NCBI GenBank assembly: GCA_018398765.1
Contig: JAHBMJ010000209.1
Span: 1 to 53,957, forward strand
Direction of reading: 5' to 3'
Length of the DNA stretch: 53,957 nucleotides
Source of the DNA: Chromera velia
Taxonomy: Eukaryota
The position numbers were made by a program, and so were the translations under genes. The notes under the pieces are model-generated. The model was not told the DNA's origin and made no database searches. It saw nothing but the letters and a program-made list of their open reading frames with translations. Below, piece by piece: positions 11,569-22,900 of this stretch; position 1 is the first letter of the stretch, and the number at the start of each line of letters is the position of its first letter.

Positions 11569-13923
11569 TTGCATGCGGGCGGGCAGGCAGCGGGTGGGTG
11601 TGGCAGTGTGCACGCGTGCGTCAGCAGTCCAACGGCAGTATCCATCGAGAGAGGCCGTTTGTATGTGCCTGCAGCCTGGCTGCCCTTCCAGCAGAAGGGC
11701 ACGCCTGCAGAACCCAATTTTCTTCATGGCGGTCTTGTTGAGGAGACGTGAGCCCGCTCCTCCCTTCCTTCGCCCTCTGTCATGAATCGGCAGTTACCGA
11801 GCTTGTTTGGGTGAGGCTGCCGCTTTTGTGCTTGGAAAGCCTGTGTACAGACAGAAAGAGCATAGGGCGGCAGGACGTCCATTAAGACGATCGATCGGAG
11901 AGAGGGGAAAGAGGGAGGGTGGGGTTTCGCACGCTGCTTGGACTTTTGTTCGCATGCCTACGTGCCTGTCCAGGTAGAAGTCTTTCTGCTTGGGCAGTTC
12001 TTTTTTGTTTCTCGTCTGCACCTATTCACCTCCTGCTTCTGTCGCGTCGTTTGCCTGCTTCGTTGAGTGACTGCATATAGATGTGCTTTTTCTTTGAATG
12101 TGACTGAATGCTTTCGTATTCGGGCAGGCGGGGAGGGAAGGGTTGCGTTTTTGGACATCCACAGTAAGCGTGGCAAATCGTCTGCCGTCTAACAGGACGT
12201 TTCGGTAGGAGGGGTGGAAGCGGATCCTATTTAAAAAAGAGAATGCAAATGGCTGGAAACCGAATGGCCTTCCTGTGTTGGAGAGACTTTTTATCGCAAA
12301 AGGGAATTTGAGAGACTGAAGGAAGAACCGGGAGGGAGCCTGGATGTGAAGGTTCTTGCAAAGACAGTGAAAGCATGTATGGGGGGGGGGGAGGCGTTGC
12401 GTTTGGAACTTCCTTTCTGTCACTCCCTCCTCACCCCTCCTCTTCACGAGAGAGCGCAAGAAAAGCAATCCAGGTGAGACTTTTTTGTCTCAACGTCAGT
12501 CTTTCTGTCGACTTGCTCCAATGCATCCAGAGAAGAGACAGAGAGAATGAAAATGGAACATTGAATGGAGAATTCAATAACCAATTCACCTTCCTTGTCT
12601 GCACGGACGTCTGTCTCATGTAGCACCACTTTACTGAAGAAGGAGACAACAAAGGAATGCAGGAGTCAGGCAGTGCAAACTGAGGCGCGATGATCAGAAA
12701 GAAGAGCGAGAAGGTCCCCTTTCTGCCTGCCTACCATCTTGTCGTACTCTTCTCTTCACTCTAGAGGCAGGCCTCGATCGATCGATCATGCGATCACGAC
12801 TTTCGAAAGGGACCGATTCGACGAAATCACAGAAAGAAGAATTCAGAGGCAGCTAGAGCAACAGACAGGCTGTGCGTCCTCATTTTCCTTCATGCTGTTT
12901 GTCTGCCTGCCTGTTTGTCTTTCTGCCTTTCCGTCCGTCCGTTTGTTTGTCTATGCCGTCTGCCCGTCTGTCTCCTCCTTAGGCACCTGTTTATCTGTCT
13001 CTCAGTCTGTCTCTCTTGCTGTCTCAAAAAAAATTTATTTTATATATGAGACAGAGTCCGCCTGCCAGGTGGAAGATTTTTGTGCCCGCCTTCCTCCAAG
13101 CCTGCCTGCCTGCCGACCTGCGTTGCAGCATCGCCTGGCCTCCTGCCTCCGGAATGTGAGCTTGTCTCGTCTGTCCGTGGGGGAGTGGAAGACGGGTGCA
13201 TGCGAGTCACCGTTCTTGACCCATCTTTTTGATCGCCTCAGCTGCATGGGAGACGTGGCGCGATCCTTACACAACAAACTCAGAGATAGAGGAGGAAATG
13301 AATGGAAGAGGGAAATGGGGGCAAGCCGGGGAATCAGGTGTGGGGAAAGGAGTCAAAAGACTATCGAAGTCGTTTTCATCAGTTGCGTTAATTCTGAATT
13401 GATCTAAATTAAAATGAAGCGGTTCGAACCTATTTATTTATCAACGTTGATGTTGAAAGAGCGCGATGTATCTTGGAACGCCATCTTTTATGAAGCCTCT
13501 TCATGCAGGTTTCCTCCACTCGATCAGTCTGACTCAGAATCCCATGCTCAGTCCCTAGGCTCAGTCCATTGAATCGGCGATTTTGAGAACGCTGCCACTT
13601 CTTGTGTCAGTCTCAACTGACTCATGCCTTAATCTACGCTTTACCTGTATAAATTAAATTTTTATTAAATTTATTTAAATTGATATATTGTTAAACTTCT
13701 CATGCATACCCTCTTATTTTTCATGTTTACCAGTACGCCAGTTATCATTAATTAATTGATTTCATTCGACGAATCATCAATAATTATATGTGATTAATTC
13801 GTATTATGTATATTTATATACTAACGTTTTCATATTCGGGCCTAAGCAACTGTTGGTTCAATTATACTATATAATATCTTAAGATATATAACGTTTACCT
13901 AGTCATTTACCTAGTCATTTACT

Positions 13924-14459
13924 TAGAATAGGATAGGATAAGATAGGATTTTATGTTCCAGGAATCTCTGCGGTCCACCAAAGGTGTTTAATCACGGAAT
14001 ATATCTATTCACTAGTTACTCACTTCAAAAGTAATATAATCAGGAATATATTCAAGAATATATTCCTAAATTAATGAAGACCCGATTTTTGATGCAATAT
14101 GTACAATCGGCTATTCGGCTTCGAATGCATGCACTAATGGCCGCAGCCGCTAGTAGGAGCGGTGGGCCGCGCCAGCGCGTGTATGGCTGGCCCGGGCTGC
14201 ATGAGCTGGGCCATGCATGCAGTGCACTGGATATGCACAAGCCTCTAGGCTACTCCCAAAACATTTGTTTTTATAACGTAAAAAAAAAAACCACGCACCA
14301 TTAGAATGACTAAAGGTATTAAAGACTAGTAAGAATCAGACTTTGGCTAATTAATCACTTTATTCAATCATATTCAATCACTTCATGGGATAATTAAATA
14401 TATTCTAATCACAAGTGACTAAACACCTTTACGGTCCACTGCCAGGTATCGGCTTAGTC
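13924..14459. repeat. (TAGGA)n-tailed dispersed repeat, copy 2, split by a MITE
   Basis: Removing 13979-14431 and one TSD restores ...GCGGTCCACTGCC...GGCTTA, as in copy 1 at 1246-1271. Confidence 0.65.
13979..14431. mobile_element. Non-autonomous hAT-like DNA transposon (MITE), 453 bp
   Basis: 17-bp TIRs: CAAAGGTGTTTAATCAC (13979-13995) and GTGACTAAACACCTTTA (14415-14431), with 2 mismatches. Perfect 8-bp TSD CGGTCCAC at 13971-13978 and 14432-14439. An 8-bp TSD and YAR termini are typical of hAT. Confidence 0.85.
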
Positions 14460-14859
14460 ATTTACACAGTCATTCAGCCACTGTCAACATCTATCAACAT
14501 CCTACTACCTAGGTTTTTTGTGAATATTGACTAATTTAGGCACTAACAGTAAATTGGGTAGTTCACTAAGGTTCTAGCTAAGGTTATATATTCGGAACAG
14601 TCTAGGGAACAGTGAACTTTATAATGATAAAGGCTTTGTCAATTAATGATCAAATCATTCTATAGACTGAAATTAAGTACGTTGTAGAATTAATTGAGAA
14701 TTAAACTCGGATACATGCACTCTTTATCAGATTCTACGATATGTTTCCTAGTATGTTGCGCACCCTAGCCTGCATGACAGTGCATGTACCCTAGACTAGA
14801 TTGCAGTTTCACTACTACATGCAACGTCAATAATCAATTATCATCCTGGTTATCATCAA

Positions 14860-17800
14860 TTAGTCCTCATCAAAAAGTTTTTTCAGTTGTTTTCCAAAAC
14901 CCTGTTTGTCGGATGTGTTCAGTCTCCACTGAAGCAAACGAGCCATTCGGGTGTCTTTTTTTGCTACAGGCATCGACGAGAAGTCGAGCAGAAATCCTTT
15001 CAGTCCGCAACTTGCCTTCTCTTTTGACGCCACGACCCCTTCATCGATTAAAAATTTTTCTGGAATGACGTAAAGGTATCTTGCACTCTGCCACTTTTCT
15101 ATGATCACAAGAGGATCCTTCTCTGCGTCTGCTGGTTCTTTCGGAGGCTTCTGGGAAAGCGCACCCAGATTTTTTGGGGGGGCGACGAGGAGGAATTGGA
15201 AGTCGCCTTCCTCATAGGCTTTGACAACGCCTCGGACCTTTTTATTAAAATTCACGAATGCAACGCCGGGTCTCACGCGGCTTTGCGAAAACCAAATGGC
15301 GCTCTTGAGCTGCACCTTTTTGAAGTGGTGCGAGGCGTGTCTAAGTCGGATCTCAATGTCGTGAGGGTCGAATGGCCAAGGCGCCTCGCGTACGTCTACC
15401 CCCCCGGGTACGCTTTTGAAAAGCTCGAGACAGTTTTGCAGCATTCTCCACTCAGCAAGATGGTTGGGGCTCTGTTGGATCTGGAGGGTGTAAAGATCTC
15501 GGAGCCGACAAACACCCAATCCCTTTTTCGCTTGAAACCAAATCGAGCTCAATCGACGTCCAATGTGGGATCCTTCAAATCTCCCCTCCCCAAAGCTGCA
15601 TCTGGTTGCTTCTGTGTCATGCTTTCCATCCTCTGTGATCGCAAGCCTCCCTGGGCTACAAAAACTGTCAAAACGGCTACCAAAAAACACCCAAACCTTT
15701 GGTCTTTCAGGGACCTCTTTCTCGTGGACGGGCCTTTCCAAAGAAATGCAAACAACCACCCCCTCATAACCACGGACACCGTGAAAGTCCCAAAGAGCTG
15801 ACGTGGCTTTTTGCCATTTTGACCGGTGTGCCGTAGATTTCACCTGCACTGGCAGCCACAAGTCTTCTTTGCATCCGAAAGGTCGAACTGCAAGGTCCAC
15901 TCTCGCAAAGGGAGGGAGAGGGACAGCAGGCTCTTCCAGTCCATCAAAATGCTCTGAACGGGGGAAGCTTTGTCGGAGCAAGTGGAAAGCGGCCCTCTCT
16001 AAAGAATATCGATCACGGAGAGTGAGACCGTCAATCCCTGTACAAAGGGGGGGATCCCGAGGCGCGCTCTCTCTTGCTTCAAGCGTCAATGCGGCACTCC
16101 CTAGAGATGGCAACTGAGAATCAATTTGGGGGAGGGAGGTGCATCTCGGATTCGGCAAGAGCTTTGCTTGTGCTGGGAGGGACATTGTGATTTCAGCAAA
16201 GTTGGTGTGCTCATTTCGAATTGGAGTAGACGGCTGCGTCTCCTGACGGCCTTCACATTGAAGTGGGAGGACTCCACCGATCTTTTCGAGTTGCTGGCAT
16301 GTTGCTGACTTTCCTCTTGCTCCTCGGGACAGAAGGCGGGCAAAACGCTCCCCCGCAACTGCGGGAAACGAAGTGTCAAGTCGCCAGCGCAAGAAACGCA
16401 AGGGTCGGAATCCGCGTCTGAGAAACGATGTGTCTTGGAAGTCTAGACTGAGGCCTGTCACACCTCCGACCCGCTTCCTCTCTGATGACACGACACCAGA
16501 GTTTACTAGCTCCTCCATTTCAACAAAATAGAAATATCGCCACCGGTCCGTTGGCTCTGGGTCCAGCGGGCAGGTCGCTGTGTTATTCTTGCTTGTCGAG
16601 GGACGCATGTTCTGCGGGGGGCTCACCAAGAGGAAGTCAAAGTCAGCTTCATCATAGGGCATCGTCTGCATTGCCCTTTTCTTGCAGACTCGCACGTAAG
16701 CAAGATGACTTCTACCCGTCCAACTTGCGCTCTTCAGCTGTACCCTCTGCCAAGGCATGTCTGGACAGGCAGAGAGACGAATCTCAATGTCATACGGAAG
16801 GGACGCGTGAGGAGCGTCACGAACCTCAACCCCCCCTGGAACATGCCTGAAAAACTCTCGACACTTCTGAAGCATTTTCCACTCTGCAAGGTGATTTGGA
16901 CTTTGTTGGGTCTGAAGGGTTTGGAGGCTCTGCAACAGGTTTGGGCCCCTGCTAGCTCTTGCTTCTAACCATGCGAAAAGCAGTGCCTTCCCGATATGGC
17001 GGCCCAAGAACGAATCGTGATCAAACGTACATTGCTGCTGATCATATTTCCCCCCATCCGTGATGCGCAAGAATCCCCTGCCCTTCAGATTGTCGAAGGA
17101 GCCTCCGTGGAAGAGCCAAACCCTACTGCTCTGCATGTCTTCAGGCTCTTTTGCCAAGGACACGCACACGAGCGACATGCCTTTATAGCCGCAGACACGA
17201 TAAAATTCCCAAAACGGGGATCTTCCGGGACTGGCAGTGCACTCACGTCTCCCTCCCCTGGACTGAACCGTCGTTGACTTGACTTGGACAGGCAACCATA
17301 GATCCTCTGTACAGCCCACGGGCCTCACAGCCAGATCAGCCTTTGTGAAAGGAGAAAGGGGTATGGAGGGTTCTTCGAGACCTCCAAAGTCCGCCTTCGG
17401 CATGAAACTTTTTCGAAGTAACAATACCGCCCATCGCTCCACCTCGGCGCCTTTCGGGGGCCGTGCAGTGGTCGTCTCCCCGGTTGTGGCTGTCAAATCA
17501 ACCCCCACGGAAGAGTGTGTTTTAATTCCATCAGGTATCTGTCGTTGCGCTGCCCGGGAATGCGGAGGAAGGTAGACGGGCACTGGAACTGGAATGTCTC
17601 CCTTGCCCAGCTCTCTTTCTTGCGCCAGACGACCGAAGCTCTTTCCGTTCAAGCTCTCAGAAAAAGAAGAAAAACGCCTGTCTGTCAAAAATTGGCTCTC
17701 CCTGCAACTGTTAGCTCGGAATTGGAGCAAGCAAGACCGGCTTCCGAAGTCACGTGCAACAGACTTCAAACCGAGAGAGCGACAGCTGTAAGCAATAAAT

Positions 17801-17886
17801 TCAAATCTCCCCAAACATGCCTCGAAGGGTGAGCAATCCAAACGTAGCCCTTTTCGCCCCACCCGCCGTGCGAAGAGGCCGTACAT
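14860..17886 (-). CDS. Intronless ~1008-aa protein with a duplicated domain pair, each half carrying two PD-(D/E)xK-like (D...QxK) nuclease modules; Arg-rich N-terminus
   Basis: Single 3-kb ORF with first ATG at 17886. Half 1: ADLAVRP..DLWLPVQVKST, then YDIEIR..WQRVQLKSA..YDEADFDFLLV. Half 2: VDLAVRP..DLWLPVQVKST, then HDIEIR..KKVQLKSA..YEEGDFQFLLV. Both halves share QQSPNHLAEW. Confidence 0.75.
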   Translation of the reverse strand: MYGLFARRVGRKGLRLDCSPFEACLGRFEFIAYSCRSLGLKSVARDFGSRSCLLQFRANSCRESQFLTDRRFSSFSESLNGKSFGRLAQERELGKGDIPVPVPVYLPPHSRAAQRQIPDGIKTHSSVGVDLTATTGETTTARPPKGAEVERWAVLLLRKSFMPKADFGGLEEPSIPLSPFTKADLAVRPVGCTEDLWLPVQVKSTTVQSRGGRRECTASPGRSPFWEFYRVCGYKGMSLVCVSLAKEPEDMQSSRVWLFHGGSFDNLKGRGFLRITDGGKYDQQQCTFDHDSFLGRHIGKALLFAWLEARASRGPNLLQSLQTLQTQQSPNHLAEWKMLQKCREFFRHVPGGVEVRDAPHASLPYDIEIRLSACPDMPWQRVQLKSASWTGRSHLAYVRVCKKRAMQTMPYDEADFDFLLVSPPQNMRPSTSKNNTATCPLDPEPTDRWRYFYFVEMEELVNSGVVSSERKRVGGVTGLSLDFQDTSFLRRGFRPLRFLRWRLDTSFPAVAGERFARLLSRGARGKSATCQQLEKIGGVLPLQCEGRQETQPSTPIRNEHTNFAEITMSLPAQAKLLPNPRCTSLPQIDSQLPSLGSAALTLEARESAPRDPPLCTGIDGLTLRDRYSLERAAFHLLRQSFPRSEHFDGLEEPAVPLPPFARVDLAVRPFGCKEDLWLPVQVKSTAHRSKWQKATSALWDFHGVRGYEGVVVCISLERPVHEKEVPERPKVWVFFGSRFDSFCSPGRLAITEDGKHDTEATRCSFGEGRFEGSHIGRRLSSIWFQAKKGLGVCRLRDLYTLQIQQSPNHLAEWRMLQNCLELFKSVPGGVDVREAPWPFDPHDIEIRLRHASHHFKKVQLKSAIWFSQSRVRPGVAFVNFNKKVRGVVKAYEEGDFQFLLVAPPKNLGALSQKPPKEPADAEKDPLVIIEKWQSARYLYVIPEKFLIDEGVVASKEKASCGLKGFLLDFSSMPVAKKDTRMARLLQWRLNTSDKQGFGKQLKKLFDED

Positions 17887-18512
17887 GATCAAGTTTGGAC
17901 AGAGGGTAGGTTGGTGGCTTCGATCGCAGAAAAAGAACGGTGGTTTTTCAATTGTTCCAGACTCAAGTAGTCGTGGGTTACACGGATCTCAGTTGGCGAG
18001 AGCGTATCCCAAGATTCATCAAGCCCGACCGTCTCGACAATTCTCGACATATACTGACTGTGGACGTGTTGATGCAACTTCGACTCATGCTCTGAAGCGA
18101 TCTATTAAAGACATCAAGCACATCGATATTGATGCTTCGTATGTCTTGAATCCAGATTCTTCCAGATATTGAGTGCAATTTGTTGACCAATCATGTCCAA
18201 TCTTCTCCCGCCAATGTGACACTTCTTGCACATTGAATTTTGTCTCAAGAGTGACAAAACAAAAAGTTTGTGTACTCCCGCCCCTATATGCAGCCCTATA
18301 TACCCGCCCTCCCTGTAATCCGAACCACGTCGGCGCGCAATGCGCGCGCCCACTCTCGTGCATGTGCATGCAATATTAATATGATGCAATTATATAACGG
18401 GATACACCCAACCAGTTGGGTGAGTGCCTCGGGGGGCCATTTAGGGGGTCGGCCATATAATTTGATTGCATGTTGGGCATGTCTTGCCTGCAATGCATGC
18501 ATGGGCAAATGG

Positions 18513-19420
18513 CGACTGTTGTCAAACGAACAATCCCCATCTGTTCCTGATTGACTGGTGGAAGAAGGAGTACATCCCCAAATTTGAAGAAGAGAGAAAA
18601 GCCAGGACAGAGGGAAACCCCCCCTCTTGTTGCGACCCAGATGACAACGTCGAGTTCTGGTTCAACTGGGCAGACGAGACCTGGAGGTCAGGCAAGTGGA
18701 CAGTCGCCCTCCTGGAGGGACTCTTCAGGCATGAGGACCCGAAGTGGGGCGGCCCGCCCCCAGTGCAGCAGGGCATCTGAGCAGCAAGGCGCCACAGGGG
18801 TCGGCCATGCTGCCCCGTCATTGGGGGGATGCCGGGTCTCCTCGATTGCCTTTGAAAGTCCGCGTCTTTCTCGAAAATGCAAAAAAAGAATATGAATTTT
18901 ATGATGCTGCAGATGGGCGCTGTTCTACACGTCTATGGACCTGTCCATCACCTGAACCGTTGCATATGTATTTGCAAACGTACGTACACCAATTCGATGG
19001 CTTGACGGTTTGTATGCCGGAAGTTTTTTGGTAGTGAGAGTGTGTATCGATTCAACGCTCGTCACTGTTTGGGTAATGAAATTTTGCTCCTCTTCATCGT
19101 TGAGTATCAAATCGCTCGATCTTGCTTTATAACAAAACGATTTGCAAATGACTCTTTAGAATATATACTAAATGCTAGTAGACTAAATACATAATAATCT
19201 GCACTTATTATTATAATCATCATCATGATTATTTGAATTATTATTGATCGGTTTATAGGCAATCATACAATGCATGAGTCTATGAGATCACCATTATTAT
19301 AATCGGTTTATAGGTTATTATGCAATCCATGAGTCTAGGACCTAGTCTAGGACAATGCTTTATTACCTGTTTGCCAGACCTGCATGATATAGCGGGGGGA
19401 GGGGGCTTCTGACCCGGCTT
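18513..19420 (+). pseudogene. 908-bp inserted copy of 24195-25102 (3' CDS fragment, 3'UTR and flank of the downstream gene)
   Basis: Near-identical at offset 5682; 4 differences seen by eye. Flanked by the direct repeat AATGCATGCATGGGCAAATGGCG at 18492-18514 and 19421-19443. Confidence 0.9.
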
Positions 19421-19974
19421 AATGCATGCATGGGCAAATGGCGGGGGCCACGGCAACGTGCGCAAAATATGCTTTTCGGGACCGCGCATGAACACATATA
19501 TTAATATATATGCAGTTAACTCTGTGCGAGTTATTTGAGGGACAGTATATAATATTAATATAATGCGATCGCGGCTCCGTGCGAGTTGCTTGAGGGGCAC
19601 ATTTTGGAATTTGGGCGACACCGATCGACCGTTGCGGAGACAGAACCGAATCCCCCCCAAAAAATGAAAAAATGCGTTATGCGGATGCGTGCGATCTCAG
19701 GGCCTCTCGGCTGATCTCAGCAGAGCTGAGCTGCCCCCCGAGGCGATGGTTCTGCATGCATGCATGTATACGCATGTCAGTCTGCAGCTACATTTGCTTG
19801 ATCGAACAGATAGAAAGCAACCTTCCACGAATGCTTTGGACACAAACTTATTTCGTACGGTGATCAAAGTCACAACAGTCTTCTTCGTGCTTTCTGTAAA
19901 CCGTTGGGCCTGTCGACACCGTCAGAAAGCTGCAGACACTCTCATTCAGTCTCGATCGTCCTCTGTTGTTTCCA

Positions 19975-22900
19975 ATGAAGGTCAGACATCTTTTAGCCGG
20001 CCTGGCGATCAGCGCACTCGCAGCAGTGGCAACGGTGAACAAGGTCGGGAAAAGGGCTTCACTGTACTTTAGAAAGCTCCATCTTGCTACATGGGGTGCT
20101 CCCCAGCCGATCAAAAGTGCAAACTCCCGCGTTTTCTATACATGCTCCTATATATAAGACGATACAAACGCATGCACTTATATTTGCAGGAATGCACACC
20201 TCCCGAGTCCGAGTTCTGCGTGGCACGTTCGGGTGTTGTATCCATCTCCTCACTGCGTGCCAGTGGTGCCCTTTCTGATGAGATGACATGGGAGGAGAAG
20301 ACGAAGTTGATTGTCGACTCCAACGAGGACTTCCTTCAGAGGGCCAGGGAGAAGCCAATCACGAATGCAACACTCGTGTCTGCCCTGTTTGACTTGGGAC
20401 GGGACAAACTGGAAAGGCCTTTCGAAGAATATTTGAACCGATTCAGGAACTTCCTCACCACCCGCATCCCCACAATTCTCTTTCTCGATATCAAACACAA
20501 GACAGAGCTAGAGAAACTTGTCGACGAACTCCTCCCCCCCGAGCAAAGACAGAGAACCCTCATTCTCTGGAGGTCCTCCGACTGGGTCAAGACAAACTTC
20601 CCCTGGATGTCGGAGGTCCAAAGCCTGCAGGAGAGCCCAGAGTGGAACGGCCTGGCGGGTTGGCTTTCCGGTTCGCCCCAGGCAAAACTCCCCTTGTACA
20701 ACCCTCTAGTGATGTCCAAGATGGTCATCACGGCCATGGCAGCTGAGTGGAATCCCTTCCACACCGACTCCTTTCTGTTCGTGGATGCGGGACATGCGTG
20801 TAACGGAGGCCCGCCCCTCACACAGGAGCTTTTGATGCCCTGGTTCCGAAAACTGTTGAAAGTGCAGGTAGGTGTGTTGTGACGATGGGATTGTATCAAA
20901 GGGGCACAAAAACGAAAGAAAGGAGAATTGGCATTGAGAGAACAAGCAAACACCCGGTCCAGAGTGGATTGTTGGATGCCAGGACGACCTGAAAGTACGA
21001 ATGCAAAAAGGCATTACTTAAGAGAGACGAGAGAAACTCATTAATTTTCTGCATGAAATTCCCTGTCTCCTTCCTTCCCTTTTTCATTTCTCCACAAGGC
21101 AATTTCATTCTTCCTTTCTGCGGGGGCCCTCTCCATGCAGGGAGACTGGCACACCCCTGGAGCCCTGCCGGTCAATCTAGACTCCCACGGGAAGGACGGG
21201 CTCTTCGTCACGTTCTTCGACTATGGACCCGACCGAGAGGTGCATGGGGGGGGGGGGAAGGGGGNNNNNNNNNNNNNNNNNNNNNNNNNNNNNNNNNNNN
21301 NNNNNNNNNNNNNNNNNNNNNNNNNNNNNNNNNNNNNNNNNNNNNNNNNNNNNNNNNNNNNNNNNNNNNNNNNNNNNNNNNNNNNNNNNNNNNNNNNNNN
21401 NNNNNNNNNNNNNNNNNNNNNNNNNNNNNNNNNNNNNNNNNNNNNNNNNNNNNNNNNNNNNNNNNNNNNNNNNNNNNNNNNNNNNNNNNNNNNNNNNNNN
21501 NNNNNNNNNNNNNNNNNNNNNNNNNNNNNNNNNNNNNNNNNNNNNNNNNNNNNNNNNNNNNNNNNNNNNNNNNNNNNNNNNNNNNNNNNNNNNGGGGGGG
21601 GGGGGGAACGGGGGGTCCATCAATTGATGTTCTCAGTGGGTTGGTTGGTTGGAGTAGGTTGGCTATGTGCTGTGCAACCCCATCCGGCAGGCACGCGCTG
21701 TTTCAAAGTCATGAATGAAAGTCCTGACGTAGGGGGCAAAGGTGTCCTTCTAAAACGTCGCTTGGGGAGGCAGCTCCTCTCTCTTTCTCTTTCCTGCATA
21801 TGCAGAGTGTTACACATACACACACACACACGCGCGCGCGCAGAGGCAAAAGAAGAAAAACAAAGAACGGAGTTTATGGAAACAAGCAAATTCAGCTCCA
21901 CCTTTTCGGCATCTCATTTGTTGTACATGCAGGTACACGGGTTCAAAGCAGAAGAGTTCAAACAGTGGATAGGGGACCCTCATGCCCAGAACGTGAAGGT
22001 CGGAAGAGGGGGGGTGTTCGGAGGGCGGCGTGAGGTTCTGTCTGTGGTCTCGGAGCTCTTCAAGGTGTTTCTGCATCACACCCTCTCCGAAGGTCTGATG
22101 GGCACAGAGGAGAACCTGCTCTCCCTTCTTGCCTACAGAGTTCCGTCCCTTGTTGCCAGACACAACCTGGAGGGCCACTGCACTTTCTGGAACCTCCTTG
22201 AGAGAGTGAGTGCAGCCTTTCTTTATAACTTCGTCGAAATTTCGTTTTCTCTCTGCGTCGCAGTCCTCTGCTTCGATCAGGAACCCTTCGGTGCACACGG
22301 ATTTCCATTTTTCTCTGAGCACAGTTCACTATTTCTGGTGCCAGCGTCGCCTTTCTTCTGCACAGTTACCAGCTAGGTCCGTACATTTCTTCAGTGTGTA
22401 CCGGTAGCAGTCTGTTCGAATGCCCCACCAAAATGTTGTCTTTGCGACATTAGCAAGTGCAGACAAATTTGTGTGTTGATTTGCCTGTACTGCTTGCCCT
22501 TTGCCTCCCTTCATTCAACTTGCAGGAGGGAAAGAGGATGGGGACTCTTGACAGAGACAGTCTGCTCTCCTTCCGACAATGCCACAGAGACGCGGGGTGG
22601 CCCCGTTCCATCTTGGCGGGCCCCGACGGCGACAAGATGCACGTCCACAGCGACAGAGCCAGGCAGGCAGAGGAGATTTCGAAAGGGACAGCTGAGGAGA
22701 GTGCAAACAAGGAAGCCGAGAAAGAGACACCAGAGCTGCAGGTTGCGTTCTCCCGTCGGATGGAAGGTCGGTTGGTCAGCTGCTTGGGATGATTTCTTAT
22801 AGGTCCCAACTTTTGGTTTCTGCAAGATTCGGTGCTTGGTGGGGAGTTGCAAGAGTGAAATGAACAATCAAGCTGCGCGTGATATCTCGTCGATGGTTTC

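Noticed and set aside
10161..11741. 526-aa ORF and overlapping ORFs through the N gap
   Set aside because: Reads through pyrimidine-rich introns and Ns; the real exons are short and in several frames.
18108..18147. Imperfect hairpin AAGACAT...ATGTCTT upstream of the nuclease-like gene
   Set aside because: Short, bulged and single-copy; could arise by chance.
18466..18780. 104-aa ORF as an independent gene
   Set aside because: Non-ATG start in flanking DNA fused to the duplicated 3' fragment.
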